64,000 nt of DNA, taken from Candidatus Eiseniibacteriota bacterium. Lineage in GTDB: Bacteria > ARS69. The position numbers and the translations under genes were made by a program. The notes beneath the pieces were generated by a model. The model was not told the DNA's origin. It made no database searches and was given only the letters and a program-made list of their open reading frames with translations. Position 1 is the stretch's first letter; every line of letters begins with the position of its first letter. The stretch spans positions 9,576 to 73,575 of the forward strand of contig JBQTGV010000011.1 in assembly GCA_052390515.1 (NCBI GenBank). Reading direction: 5' to 3'. Below, piece by piece: positions 45,197 to 52,724 of the stretch.

Positions 45197-47742
45197 CGAC
45201 CCTCCGGGAGCTGGATCGCGGCTGCGGACGCGAGCGGTTCGCCGGCGTCCGGCGGGGCGGCCTGCGCGGAGGCCGCGGACGGTGCCGCAGCCGGTACCGG
45301 CTCGGCGCCCGTCGGCTGGGGTCCCCGCCCGAGGCGCTGCAGGTACGCGATCAGAGCCACGAGCCGGCTGCGCTCGGAGACCGTGACCGCGTTGGCCTCC
45401 AAGTCCCGGCGGATCAGCGCCGCCTGCGAGAGCGCGGTTCGTTCCGCCGCCATGATCTCCTCGGCCGAATAGGGGACGCCGAGCCGCCGCATCGCGTCGA
45501 GCTTGCCGGCCGTCTTCGAGTAGTCCACCTCGGTGTCGTCGAGCCACGAGTACGCCGGCATCAGCGATCCAGGAGACGTGGAGCGCGGATCCAGCAGGTG
45601 CTGGTAGTGCCACAGGTTCGGCAGCTTCCCGCCAACCCGATGCAGGTCCGGACCGGTGCGTTTCGATCCCCACTGGAACGGATGATCGTAGACGTACTCC
45701 TCGGCGCGGGAGAAGTCGCCGTAGCGCAGCGTTTCGTGGCGGAACGGCCGGATCATCTGGCTGTGGCAGACGTAGCAGCCCTCGCTCACGTAGACGTCGC
45801 GGCCCTCGAGCTCCAGCGGGCTGTACGGCAGCTGCACGCGCTTGGGATCCGGGGTCGACTCGAATCCGGCCGGGCCGCGCATTCCTTCGGTGGATCCGCC
45901 TCGCGTGACCGCGTCGCGGAGCATCGAGCCGCCGGACTCGCTCGCCTCGGGCGCGGTCGCGGGGGCGGCCTCGACGGCGGGAGTGAGCGGGATCCGCTGC
46001 TTCAGCACCACGGAGGGGATCAGCTCCGCCACGCCGCCCGCCAGGACGGCGAAGAGCACCAGTACGGTGAAGGCCAGCGGCCTGCCCTCCAAGAGCGCGT
46101 GCCACGTTCGCCCTTCACGACGCCAGATCCCGCCGCTCACGATCGCCGCGACGACCACCATGGTCGCGAGCGTCAGGACGACCGGGCTCATCACCGGCGA
46201 GGAGATGCCCAGGATCACCGCCACCGCGACGACCAGCGCCGACAGGACGGCGGGTCCGCCCGCGAGGACTCTCCAACCGGAGACCGCCGGCCGGGCGGCG
46301 CGCGCCTTCACCGGCACGGTGACCCGTCCGTCGACGGGATGACCCTGACGCACCGTGGCGAAGATGTTGACGGCGAAGAGCACGAACCCGACGAGGTACG
46401 CCGACCCGCCCACCAGTCGCATCATGTACATGGCCCGCTGCGCGAGCAGACCCTCGACGAAGTCCGGGTATTTGAGGAAACCGTCCGCGTCGAGCGCGCG
46501 CCAGTAGAGTCCCTGGCCGATTCCCGAGACCCACATCGACGTGATGTATAGCAGGATGCCGAACGTCCCGATCCAGAAGTGCGCGTCCGCCAAGCGCAAC
46601 GACCACAGCTTCGTGCCCCAGAGTCGCGGGACGAGCCAGTACAGCATTCCGGCGGCCATGAAGCCGTTCCAGCCCAGGGCACCGCCGTGCACGTGCCCGA
46701 TGATCCAGTCCGTGTAGTGGGCCAGTGCGCTCACGCCCTTGATCGAGAGCAGAGGTCCCTCGAAGGTCGACATGCCGTAGAACGTCACCGCCATGATGAA
46801 GAACTTGATCACCGGATCGGTGCGCAGCTTGTCCCACGCGCCACGAAGCGTGAGCAGGCCGTTGAGCATGCCGCCCCAGGACGGCGCCCAGAGCATCAGG
46901 CTGAAGACCATGCCGAGCGTCTGCGCCCAGTCCGGCAGCGCGGTGTAGAGCAGGTGATGAGGTCCGGCCCAGATGTACACGAACACCAGGCCCCAGAAGT
47001 GCACCACGGAGAGCCGGTACGAGTACACGGGGCGGTCGGCGGCCTTGGGCAGGAAGTAGTACATGATGCCCAGGATCGGCGTGGTCAGGAAGAACCCGAC
47101 CGCGTTGTGTCCGTACCACCACTGCACGATCGCGTCCTGCACGCCGGCGAACAGGGGATAGCTGTGGGTCAGCGACGTCGGCAGGTGCAGGCTGTTCACG
47201 ATGTGCAGCACCGCGATCGTCACGATCGTGGCGATGTAGAACCACAGCGCTACGTAGAGGTTCTTCTCGTTGCGGACTGCCAGCGTCCAGAAGAAGTTCA
47301 CGCCGAACGCGACCCACACCACGGCCACGGCGATGTCGATCGGCCAGATGAGCTCCGCGTACTCCTTCCCCTGCGTGAGGCCGAGCGGCAGGGTGAGCGC
47401 GGCAGAGACGATGATGGCCTGCCAGCCCCAGAAGTTGAAGCGGCTCAGGAAGTCCGAGGCCATGCGGGTCTTCGCCAGCCGCTGCGTCGAGTAGTAGATC
47501 CCGGCGAACATCATGTTGCCGACGAAGGCGAAGATCGCCGCGTTGGTGTGCAGCGGGCGAAGGCGGCTGAAGGTCAGCCACGGCGTGCCCAGGTTCGCCT
47601 GCCACCACACGAGCTGGGAGGCGATGACGGCGCCCAGCAGCAGCGCGACGAGCGCCCAGATGACCGTGGCGAGCGAGAACGCTCGTACGATCCAGTCGTC
47701 GTAGGTGATCTGCCGCGTGGGAGCGGTGCGGCTATCGGTCAT
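45193..47742 (-). CDS. ccoNO: Fused cbb3-type cytochrome c oxidase subunits I+II (CcoN-CcoO fusion)
   Basis: The N-terminal ~470 aa is heme-copper oxidase subunit I ('WWYGHNAVGFF', 'HHLLYT', 'HYTDWIIGHVHGGALGW'). The C-terminal ~220 aa is CcoO ('CYVCHSQMIRPFRHETLRYGDFSRAEEYVYDHPFQWGSKRTGPDL') after a TM and a Pro/Ala-rich linker. Confidence 0.9.
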   Translation of the reverse strand: MTDSRTAPTRQITYDDWIVRAFSLATVIWALVALLLGAVIASQLVWWQANLGTPWLTFSRLRPLHTNAAIFAFVGNMMFAGIYYSTQRLAKTRMASDFLSRFNFWGWQAIIVSAALTLPLGLTQGKEYAELIWPIDIAVAVVWVAFGVNFFWTLAVRNEKNLYVALWFYIATIVTIAVLHIVNSLHLPTSLTHSYPLFAGVQDAIVQWWYGHNAVGFFLTTPILGIMYYFLPKAADRPVYSYRLSVVHFWGLVFVYIWAGPHHLLYTALPDWAQTLGMVFSLMLWAPSWGGMLNGLLTLRGAWDKLRTDPVIKFFIMAVTFYGMSTFEGPLLSIKGVSALAHYTDWIIGHVHGGALGWNGFMAAGMLYWLVPRLWGTKLWSLRLADAHFWIGTFGILLYITSMWVSGIGQGLYWRALDADGFLKYPDFVEGLLAQRAMYMMRLVGGSAYLVGFVLFAVNIFATVRQGHPVDGRVTVPVKARAARPAVSGWRVLAGGPAVLSALVVAVAVILGISSPVMSPVVLTLATMVVVAAIVSGGIWRREGRTWHALLEGRPLAFTVLVLFAVLAGGVAELIPSVVLKQRIPLTPAVEAAPATAPEASESGGSMLRDAVTRGGSTEGMRGPAGFESTPDPKRVQLPYSPLELEGRDVYVSEGCYVCHSQMIRPFRHETLRYGDFSRAEEYVYDHPFQWGSKRTGPDLHRVGGKLPNLWHYQHLLDPRSTSPGSLMPAYSWLDDTEVDYSKTAGKLDAMRRLGVPYSAEEIMAAERTALSQAALIRRDLEANAVTVSERSRLVALIAYLQRLGRGPQPTGAEPVPAAAPSAASAQAAPPDAGEPLASAAAIQLPEGR

Positions 47743-47908
47743 CGGTCGTGCCTCCTTGCGGCAGCGGGGATTCGTCGGCCTCGAGCGGCAGGAGAGACAG
47801 GCGGTCGCCGTGCTCGAAGTCCCCGCCGTGGATGCGGGAGAAGAGCAGGATCAGCGCCGCGCCCACGAGCCCCAGGCTGATGAAGACGAGCACCACGATC
47901 ACTTCCAT
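47732..47908 (-). CDS. ccoS: cbb3 oxidase maturation protein CcoS/FixS (58 aa)
   Basis: 'MEVIVVLVFISLGLVGAALILLFSRIHGGDFEHGD' is a typical CcoS single-TM peptide. It overlaps the ccoI stop (10 nt) and the ccoNO start (11 nt). Confidence 0.7.
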   Translation of the reverse strand: MEVIVVLVFISLGLVGAALILLFSRIHGGDFEHGDRLSLLPLEADESPLPQGGTTDDR

Positions 47909-50358
47909 GAGAGACGCCTCTCGGAGAGCCGCCAGGCGGTGACGGAGACGATTGCGGCGGAGGAGAGCGGCATCAGCACGGCAGCGTGCACGGGCGTGAC
48001 CAGCCCGGCGAAACACAGCGCGAGCGCGGCGACGTTGTAGGCGACGGCCACGACCAGGTTGTCGCGAACGACGGACCTGAGCACCCGCGGCAGCTCGATC
48101 GCGGCGCGGACGGCTCCGAGCCCGCCGCCGAGGAAGTAGAAGTCGGCGCGCGCGGGCAGCGAGGCGTGGTCCACGGCCGGCGTGCCCGAAGTCCAGGCTG
48201 CGGACAGGCTCGGCGCGTCGTTCAGCCCGTCGCCGATCATCAGCGTGTCGCGGCGGTCGAGCGAAGCCACGAGCGCGGCCTTGTCTTCGGGGGAGAGCCG
48301 TGCCCTGGCGCGGTCCGCGGGGATTCCCAGCTCGCGCGCGGCTGCTTCGACGCGATCGGGTGCGTCGCCGCTCAACAGGTGCACTTCGAGGCCGCGGCCC
48401 GCGAGCGCGGCGAGCTCCTCGGCGGCATCGTCGCGCAGGTCTTCGCCCCAGGGAATCGCCGCGAGCAGCCGGCCGTCGGCGGAGAGGACCGCCTCGGACC
48501 GCCAGCCGAGCGGCGAACCGTTCGCCGCACTGCCGCTGCCGAGGGCGAAGTCCCGCCGGCCGAGGCGCCACATCCGTTCGCCGTCGGACCACTCGAGGCC
48601 GAGCCCGGCCACCTCGCGGACCGCGGCGCCGCGGAGCACGTCGGGAGCGTCGTCCTCGGCCAAGGCGGCAGCCAGGGCCACGCTCACCGGATGGTTGCTG
48701 CGGACGGCGAGATTGTAGAGCGCACCGCGGGCTTCGCCCGTCAGCGAACCGATGACGCGACGGCCTTCGCTGGTGACGCGCAAGCCGCTGCGGGTCAGCG
48801 TCCCGGTCTTGTCGAACAGCACCTTGCGGATGCCGAGGGCGCGATCGGTGAACGTGGCGCTGCGCACGAACACGCCGCGACGGCGCAGCGCCGCGTGGAT
48901 CATCTCGTGCGCCAGCGGCGTCGCTAGGCCGAGCGCGCAGGGGCACGTCACTACCAGGATGGAGACGGTGACCTGGAACGCGCGTTCCACGCCGGCCGGC
49001 GACCAGGAGAGGAACCCGACCACCGCCAGCGCCAGAACCGCGGCGACGTACCCGGTGCTCACCCGGTGCCACCACGCGCCCGATCGCCGCGCGTCGTCCG
49101 CTTCGGGCATCGCGGCCAGCAGATCCACGAGCCGCGACTCGCCGAAGCCCTGCAGCGCGAGGAGGCGGATCGCCGCATCGCCGGCGTTGAACGAACCCGC
49201 GCGCACCGTGCCGCCGGCCTCGACCGACCCGACCCGGGATTCGCCGTCGATCCAGTCGAGGGAGACGAGCGCCGGTCCCTCGAGGAGACGACCGTCGAGC
49301 GGCACGAGGTCGCCGGGGACGACCCACACCTCGTCGCCTTTGCGGAGCTCGGATGCCGGAACGGACCCGAGGCGGCCGTCGCGCAGCCGCCTCGCGGAGA
49401 GGCCGTCCACACCTTCGGCGGCGAGCAGCGCGCGGCGGTTGCGCTCCAGCACTCGCTCCTGCAGCCAGCGACCGAGCAGCATCAGAGTCACGAACGCGGC
49501 GAGCGAGTCGAAGTACGCGGCCTGCGGGCCGCGCGCGAAGTGCTCCCACACCGAGCCGCCCCACGCCAGCAGGATGCCGAGCGAAATGGGCAGGTCGAGG
49601 TGGACGAGCCGGCGGCGCACGCCGAGCCACGCGCCGCGGAAGAAGACCGGTCCTGCTGCGGCCACCGCCACGGTCCCCAGCGCGAGGTTCAGCCACCCGA
49701 AGTACGGATAGACGACGCCGTCTTGCGGCGAGAGCCCGAAGTAGTAGCTCAGGCTGAACATCATCACGTTCATCGCTGCGGCGGTGGAGATGCCGAGGCG
49801 GAGGAGCAGACCGCGGCTCCTCGTCGTCGCCTGCTTGCGCGCCGGCCCGAATCGGTAGCCGAAGCGAAGGGCCTCGGCCAGGAACACGCGCAGATCGCCG
49901 CCCGCCGGCGACCACGACACGTCCGCCGTGCCGGCCGCCGGGTTGACCCGAAGGTGTACCGCGCCCGGCGTGCGCGCGAACAGCTCCTGCAGCAGCCAGA
50001 CGCACGCCGCGCAGTGCACACCCTGGACGTCGAGCGCGAGGCGCCGGACTCCGGGCGCTTCGCCCTCCGTGAGGCGGTCGAGCCATGCGAATGAATCCGC
50101 TCGGTCGCGGGCCGGCGGGGCGATCGCCCCACGACGCAAGTCATAGAAACGAGCGAGCCCGGACTCCCCAATGAGGTCGTGAACGCTCCGGCAGCCGGAG
50201 CAGCAGAAAGGGTCCGCGCGGCGCCGGCGCTCCCGGGGGACAGGGAGGCCGCAGTGCCGGCATTCGGAGGGGGTGGCCGCCGCGCCCGGGAGGACGGCCA
50301 GCGCCGGGAGAGGGGCGATATCGGCCGTGCGAGCCACCGGAGCGGGAATCGAGCCCAT
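47899..50358 (-). CDS. ccoI: Copper-translocating P1B-type ATPase CcoI/FixI
   Basis: N-terminal CxxC metal-binding motifs. 'TCPCALGLATP' is the CPC motif, 'DKTGTLT' the phosphorylation site, 'MIGDGLNDAP' the hinge. Eight TM helices. Confidence 0.9.
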   Translation of the reverse strand: MGSIPAPVARTADIAPLPALAVLPGAAATPSECRHCGLPVPRERRRRADPFCCSGCRSVHDLIGESGLARFYDLRRGAIAPPARDRADSFAWLDRLTEGEAPGVRRLALDVQGVHCAACVWLLQELFARTPGAVHLRVNPAAGTADVSWSPAGGDLRVFLAEALRFGYRFGPARKQATTRSRGLLLRLGISTAAAMNVMMFSLSYYFGLSPQDGVVYPYFGWLNLALGTVAVAAAGPVFFRGAWLGVRRRLVHLDLPISLGILLAWGGSVWEHFARGPQAAYFDSLAAFVTLMLLGRWLQERVLERNRRALLAAEGVDGLSARRLRDGRLGSVPASELRKGDEVWVVPGDLVPLDGRLLEGPALVSLDWIDGESRVGSVEAGGTVRAGSFNAGDAAIRLLALQGFGESRLVDLLAAMPEADDARRSGAWWHRVSTGYVAAVLALAVVGFLSWSPAGVERAFQVTVSILVVTCPCALGLATPLAHEMIHAALRRRGVFVRSATFTDRALGIRKVLFDKTGTLTRSGLRVTSEGRRVIGSLTGEARGALYNLAVRSNHPVSVALAAALAEDDAPDVLRGAAVREVAGLGLEWSDGERMWRLGRRDFALGSGSAANGSPLGWRSEAVLSADGRLLAAIPWGEDLRDDAAEELAALAGRGLEVHLLSGDAPDRVEAAARELGIPADRARARLSPEDKAALVASLDRRDTLMIGDGLNDAPSLSAAWTSGTPAVDHASLPARADFYFLGGGLGAVRAAIELPRVLRSVVRDNLVVAVAYNVAALALCFAGLVTPVHAAVLMPLSSAAIVSVTAWRLSERRLSWK

Positions 50359-50428
50359 TCAGGACCCCCGAAACAGGGTTCCGGCACGCTACCGGTATCG
50401 GATCAGTCGGTCAAGTTAGCCGCCGGAA

Positions 50429-51166
50429 TTACCACAGGGTCACCTTGAATAGCTCAAAGTGAGGCAGGATCGACAAGGCGGCGAGCCCTCTGAGAGCCAG
50501 CTGGACGGCGAGCCCCAGGACCAGGATTGACGCGAGGCGATTCAGCCGGCGCCGGCCGGCCGGGCTCAGAAGAGACCCGCCGAGGCCCAGGACGACCAGC
50601 GCCGGTACCGTTCCGAGGCCATAGAGCAGCAGGGCGGCGCCTCCGCGAAGCGGGTCGGGTGCGGCTGCAGCAGACAGCGTCACCACCGCCACGGGGCCGC
50701 ACGGCAGGAGCCCGTTGGCGAGCCCCAGAGCGAAGTGACTGCCGGGTCGGTTCGCCCCGAGGAGGGCCTGGATCCGCCGCAACACGGGCCGCGCGAGAGA
50801 GGACTGCTCGATCCAGGACCGTGTCGGCAGGATCCCGAGCAGACCCAGCCCGAGCAGCGTCATCAGGAGGCCGACCGAAAGGGAGACGGCGCCCTGAGCG
50901 GCCGCCACCGCGACCGTGGCGCCGGCGAGCGAGAGCACGGTTCCGAGCAGCGCGTAGCTCAGGATGCGGCCGGAGTGGTAGAGAGTCGTCGCCCGCGCCA
51001 GCGCCGCTGCGGTAGCGCCCCGGGACCGTTGCGCCGCTGCGAATCCCATGACGAGCGGCCCGCACATCCCCGCGCAGTGCCCGAGGCTCACCGCGAGTCC
51101 GGTGCCGAACAGCATGACGCCGTGCAACGGCTCCGCCGGATCGAGTCCGGCGCAGCAGGGCTCCAT
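50429..51166 (-). CDS. DsbD_2/TauE-like membrane protein with paired-Cys motifs, commonly linked to cbb3 assembly clusters
   Basis: 245 aa with six or more TM helices. 'GHCAGMCGPLV' and 'LLPCGPVAV' are conserved Cys motifs in TM1/TM4. Located directly upstream of ccoI on the same strand. Confidence 0.6.
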   Translation of the reverse strand: MEPCCAGLDPAEPLHGVMLFGTGLAVSLGHCAGMCGPLVMGFAAAQRSRGATAAALARATTLYHSGRILSYALLGTVLSLAGATVAVAAAQGAVSLSVGLLMTLLGLGLLGILPTRSWIEQSSLARPVLRRIQALLGANRPGSHFALGLANGLLPCGPVAVVTLSAAAAPDPLRGGAALLLYGLGTVPALVVLGLGGSLLSPAGRRRLNRLASILVLGLAVQLALRGLAALSILPHFELFKVTLW

Positions 51167-51279
51167 GCGCGCAGGATACGCCCCGCGGCGGGGAGGCGCC
51201 AGGACGCGCCCGTCCCGCGCGCGAGGCAGTTTCGCGGTATGTTGGCCGTCGCTCCTCGCCCCGAAACCCCGGAGACCTC

Positions 51280-51825
51280 ATGTCCCGCTCGCGCTTCTTC
51301 GCCTCATCGTTGCTTCCCTGGATCGCCCTCGCCGTCCTCGCGGTCCGCCCGACCGCCGCCACGGAGCTTCCGACCGGCAGCTTCACGTTCGAGAAGCAGA
51401 TCGTCGTGCCGGGCGCGCCCGCGGTCATCTACGACGCGATGACCGGCGACGTCTCCGGCTGGTGGGACCATCACTTCTCGGAGCATCCCAAAGCGCTGTA
51501 CATCGAGGCGAAGCCGGGGGGCGGCTTCTACGAGATCTTCGACGACTCCGGGGACGGGGCGAAGCACGCCGAAGTCATCTTCGCGAAGCGCGGCGAGATC
51601 CTCAAGATGCGCGGGCCGCTGGGCTTCTCCGGCAACGCGATCGACCTCGTGCACACGTTCCGCTTCGCGGCGGAGGACGACTCGACGCGCGTGACCCTCA
51701 CGCTCAACGCCGTCGGCCAGCTCGAGGAGGGCTGGCAGCAGGCCGCCGAGCAGGTCTGGGATCACTTCCTCGTCGAGCAGTTCAAGACCTGGGTCGAGGC
51801 CGGCCGACACCTCGCCGAAGAGTGA
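51280..51825 (+). CDS. Secreted SRPBCC (START/polyketide-cyclase-like) protein
   Basis: Signal peptide 'MSRSRFFASSLLPWIALAVLAVRPTAA'. The 'GWWDHHFSEHPKALYIEAKPGGGFYEIFDD' pattern resembles AHSA1/SRPBCC. Confidence 0.65.
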   Translation: MSRSRFFASSLLPWIALAVLAVRPTAATELPTGSFTFEKQIVVPGAPAVIYDAMTGDVSGWWDHHFSEHPKALYIEAKPGGGFYEIFDDSGDGAKHAEVIFAKRGEILKMRGPLGFSGNAIDLVHTFRFAAEDDSTRVTLTLNAVGQLEEGWQQAAEQVWDHFLVEQFKTWVEAGRHLAEE

Positions 51826-51837
51826 CGGCCGCGCCTT

Positions 51838-52293
51838 CTACGGCCAGCGCTTGGCCAGCTGCTCGATCGCCGCGTCCAGCGCGGCCGCGGACTCCAGGCT
51901 GGAACCCTGCTTCGTCTTCATGGCCGCGCGCATCACCTGATGGTGATCCGCCAGCGCGGCCAGGTAGTCGGCGTGCCCCTCGGCTCCCGCGGCGACGTCC
52001 TTCAGCTTCTGCGTCAGGAAGTACACGGACACGACCTCGATGATGTGCGAAGCGTGCTCTTCCTTCGTCATGATCCAGCGCGTGGCCTGATTCACCGACT
52101 CGGCGTCACGCTTGCCGGCCAGATCGTTGATGTTGGTGATGGCCTTGGAGATGGTCGCTGCGTCCTCGCGGAGCTGGACGAGGCGCGCGGCGTCGTCGTA
52201 GATGCCGCAGGGGACCTGGCAGTGGGCATGTACGCCGGCGGCGGCGAGCACCGGTAGCGCGAACGCGACGAGCCAGGCTGTGGCCTTCTTCAT
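51838..52293 (-). CDS. sodN: Nickel-containing superoxide dismutase (Ni-SOD) with a Sec-type signal peptide
   Basis: 'HCQVPCGIYDD' matches the Ni-hook (His1-Cys2-x-x-Pro-Cys6-Gly-x-Tyr9). It is preceded by 'MKKATAWLVAFALPVLAAAGVHA', with a GGAGG Shine-Dalgarno sequence upstream. The four-helix-bundle remainder is about 125 aa. The long upstream ORF extension is rejected. Confidence 0.8.
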   Translation of the reverse strand: MKKATAWLVAFALPVLAAAGVHAHCQVPCGIYDDAARLVQLREDAATISKAITNINDLAGKRDAESVNQATRWIMTKEEHASHIIEVVSVYFLTQKLKDVAAGAEGHADYLAALADHHQVMRAAMKTKQGSSLESAAALDAAIEQLAKRWP

Positions 52294-52539
52294 GATCGGC
52301 TCCTCCATCGAGAGTCGGGTGCAACGTCTTTGAGGCGGCATTCTTTCCGGCCGCGGTGGGGCTGTCAACACGGCGAAGTTTTCGCTGTTCCGCCGAGGGT
52401 GGGATGTGCTTATCATTCGCTCGGGCCCGCGGTGATCCACGAGTACGGAGGCCGCGGCGGCCGGCGCAGGCGGGGCGACCTGCGCGGCCGGGCGGGTTGG
52501 GTCCCGCCGTGATGGGCGCGCCCGGAAGGAGGTGATCCA

Positions 52540-52584
52540 GTGGGTTGTACCAAATACGGCTCGGCAGAGGTGACGTCCCCTTAG
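52540..52584 (+). other. 14-codon ORF (MGCTKYGSAEVTSP, GTG start) preceded by a perfect AAGGAGGTGATCC Shine-Dalgarno sequence; candidate small peptide or leader inside a structured intergenic region
   Basis: A 13-nt exact complement of the 16S 3' end, 7 nt upstream of GTG. It lies in a 430-nt non-coding gap with reduced GC and is followed by stable hairpins. Confidence 0.25.
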
Positions 52585-52668
52585 GGGGCCCTTCCTGAGC
52601 GTAGGCGGCTCCACGGATGGACACCCCTCTTCGGGGGGTACCCAACGTCGCGGATGCCCAGACCGAAC

Positions 52669-52706
52669 GGCCCCGGCGCGATTCGTCGCGCCGGGGCCTC
52701 TTCCTC
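52669..52706 (+). terminator. Putative intrinsic terminator: 12-bp GC stem (GGCCCCGGCGCG/CGCGCCGGGGCC), 6-nt loop, then TCTTCCTC
   Basis: A perfect inverted repeat read directly from the sequence. The pyrimidine/T-rich tail is on the plus strand only. A C(UUCG)G-type hairpin lies 30 nt upstream (52625-52638). Confidence 0.3.
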
Positions 52707-52724
52707 GGAGGCGGTTCACGGAAC

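Noticed and set aside
52527-52545. Possible 3' end of a 16S rRNA on the minus strand (CTGGATCACCTCCTT).
   Set aside because: Only the last ~15 nt, plus a weak 'GCCGTAT' match, resemble 16S. The preceding 100 nt do not align to the conserved helix 44/45 region. A plus-strand Shine-Dalgarno sequence explains it better.
52294-52724. RNase P RNA, tmRNA or SRP RNA in the large intergenic gap.
   Set aside because: I could not find hallmark motifs on either strand. These would be the RNase P P4 'GGAAAGUCCGGGCUCC', the tmRNA 3' tRNA-like 'GGUUCGA.UCC...CCA' end, or the SRP domain IV 'GGUCCGGAAGGAAGCAGC'; for SRP only a partial match to 'CCGGAAGGAGG' is present.
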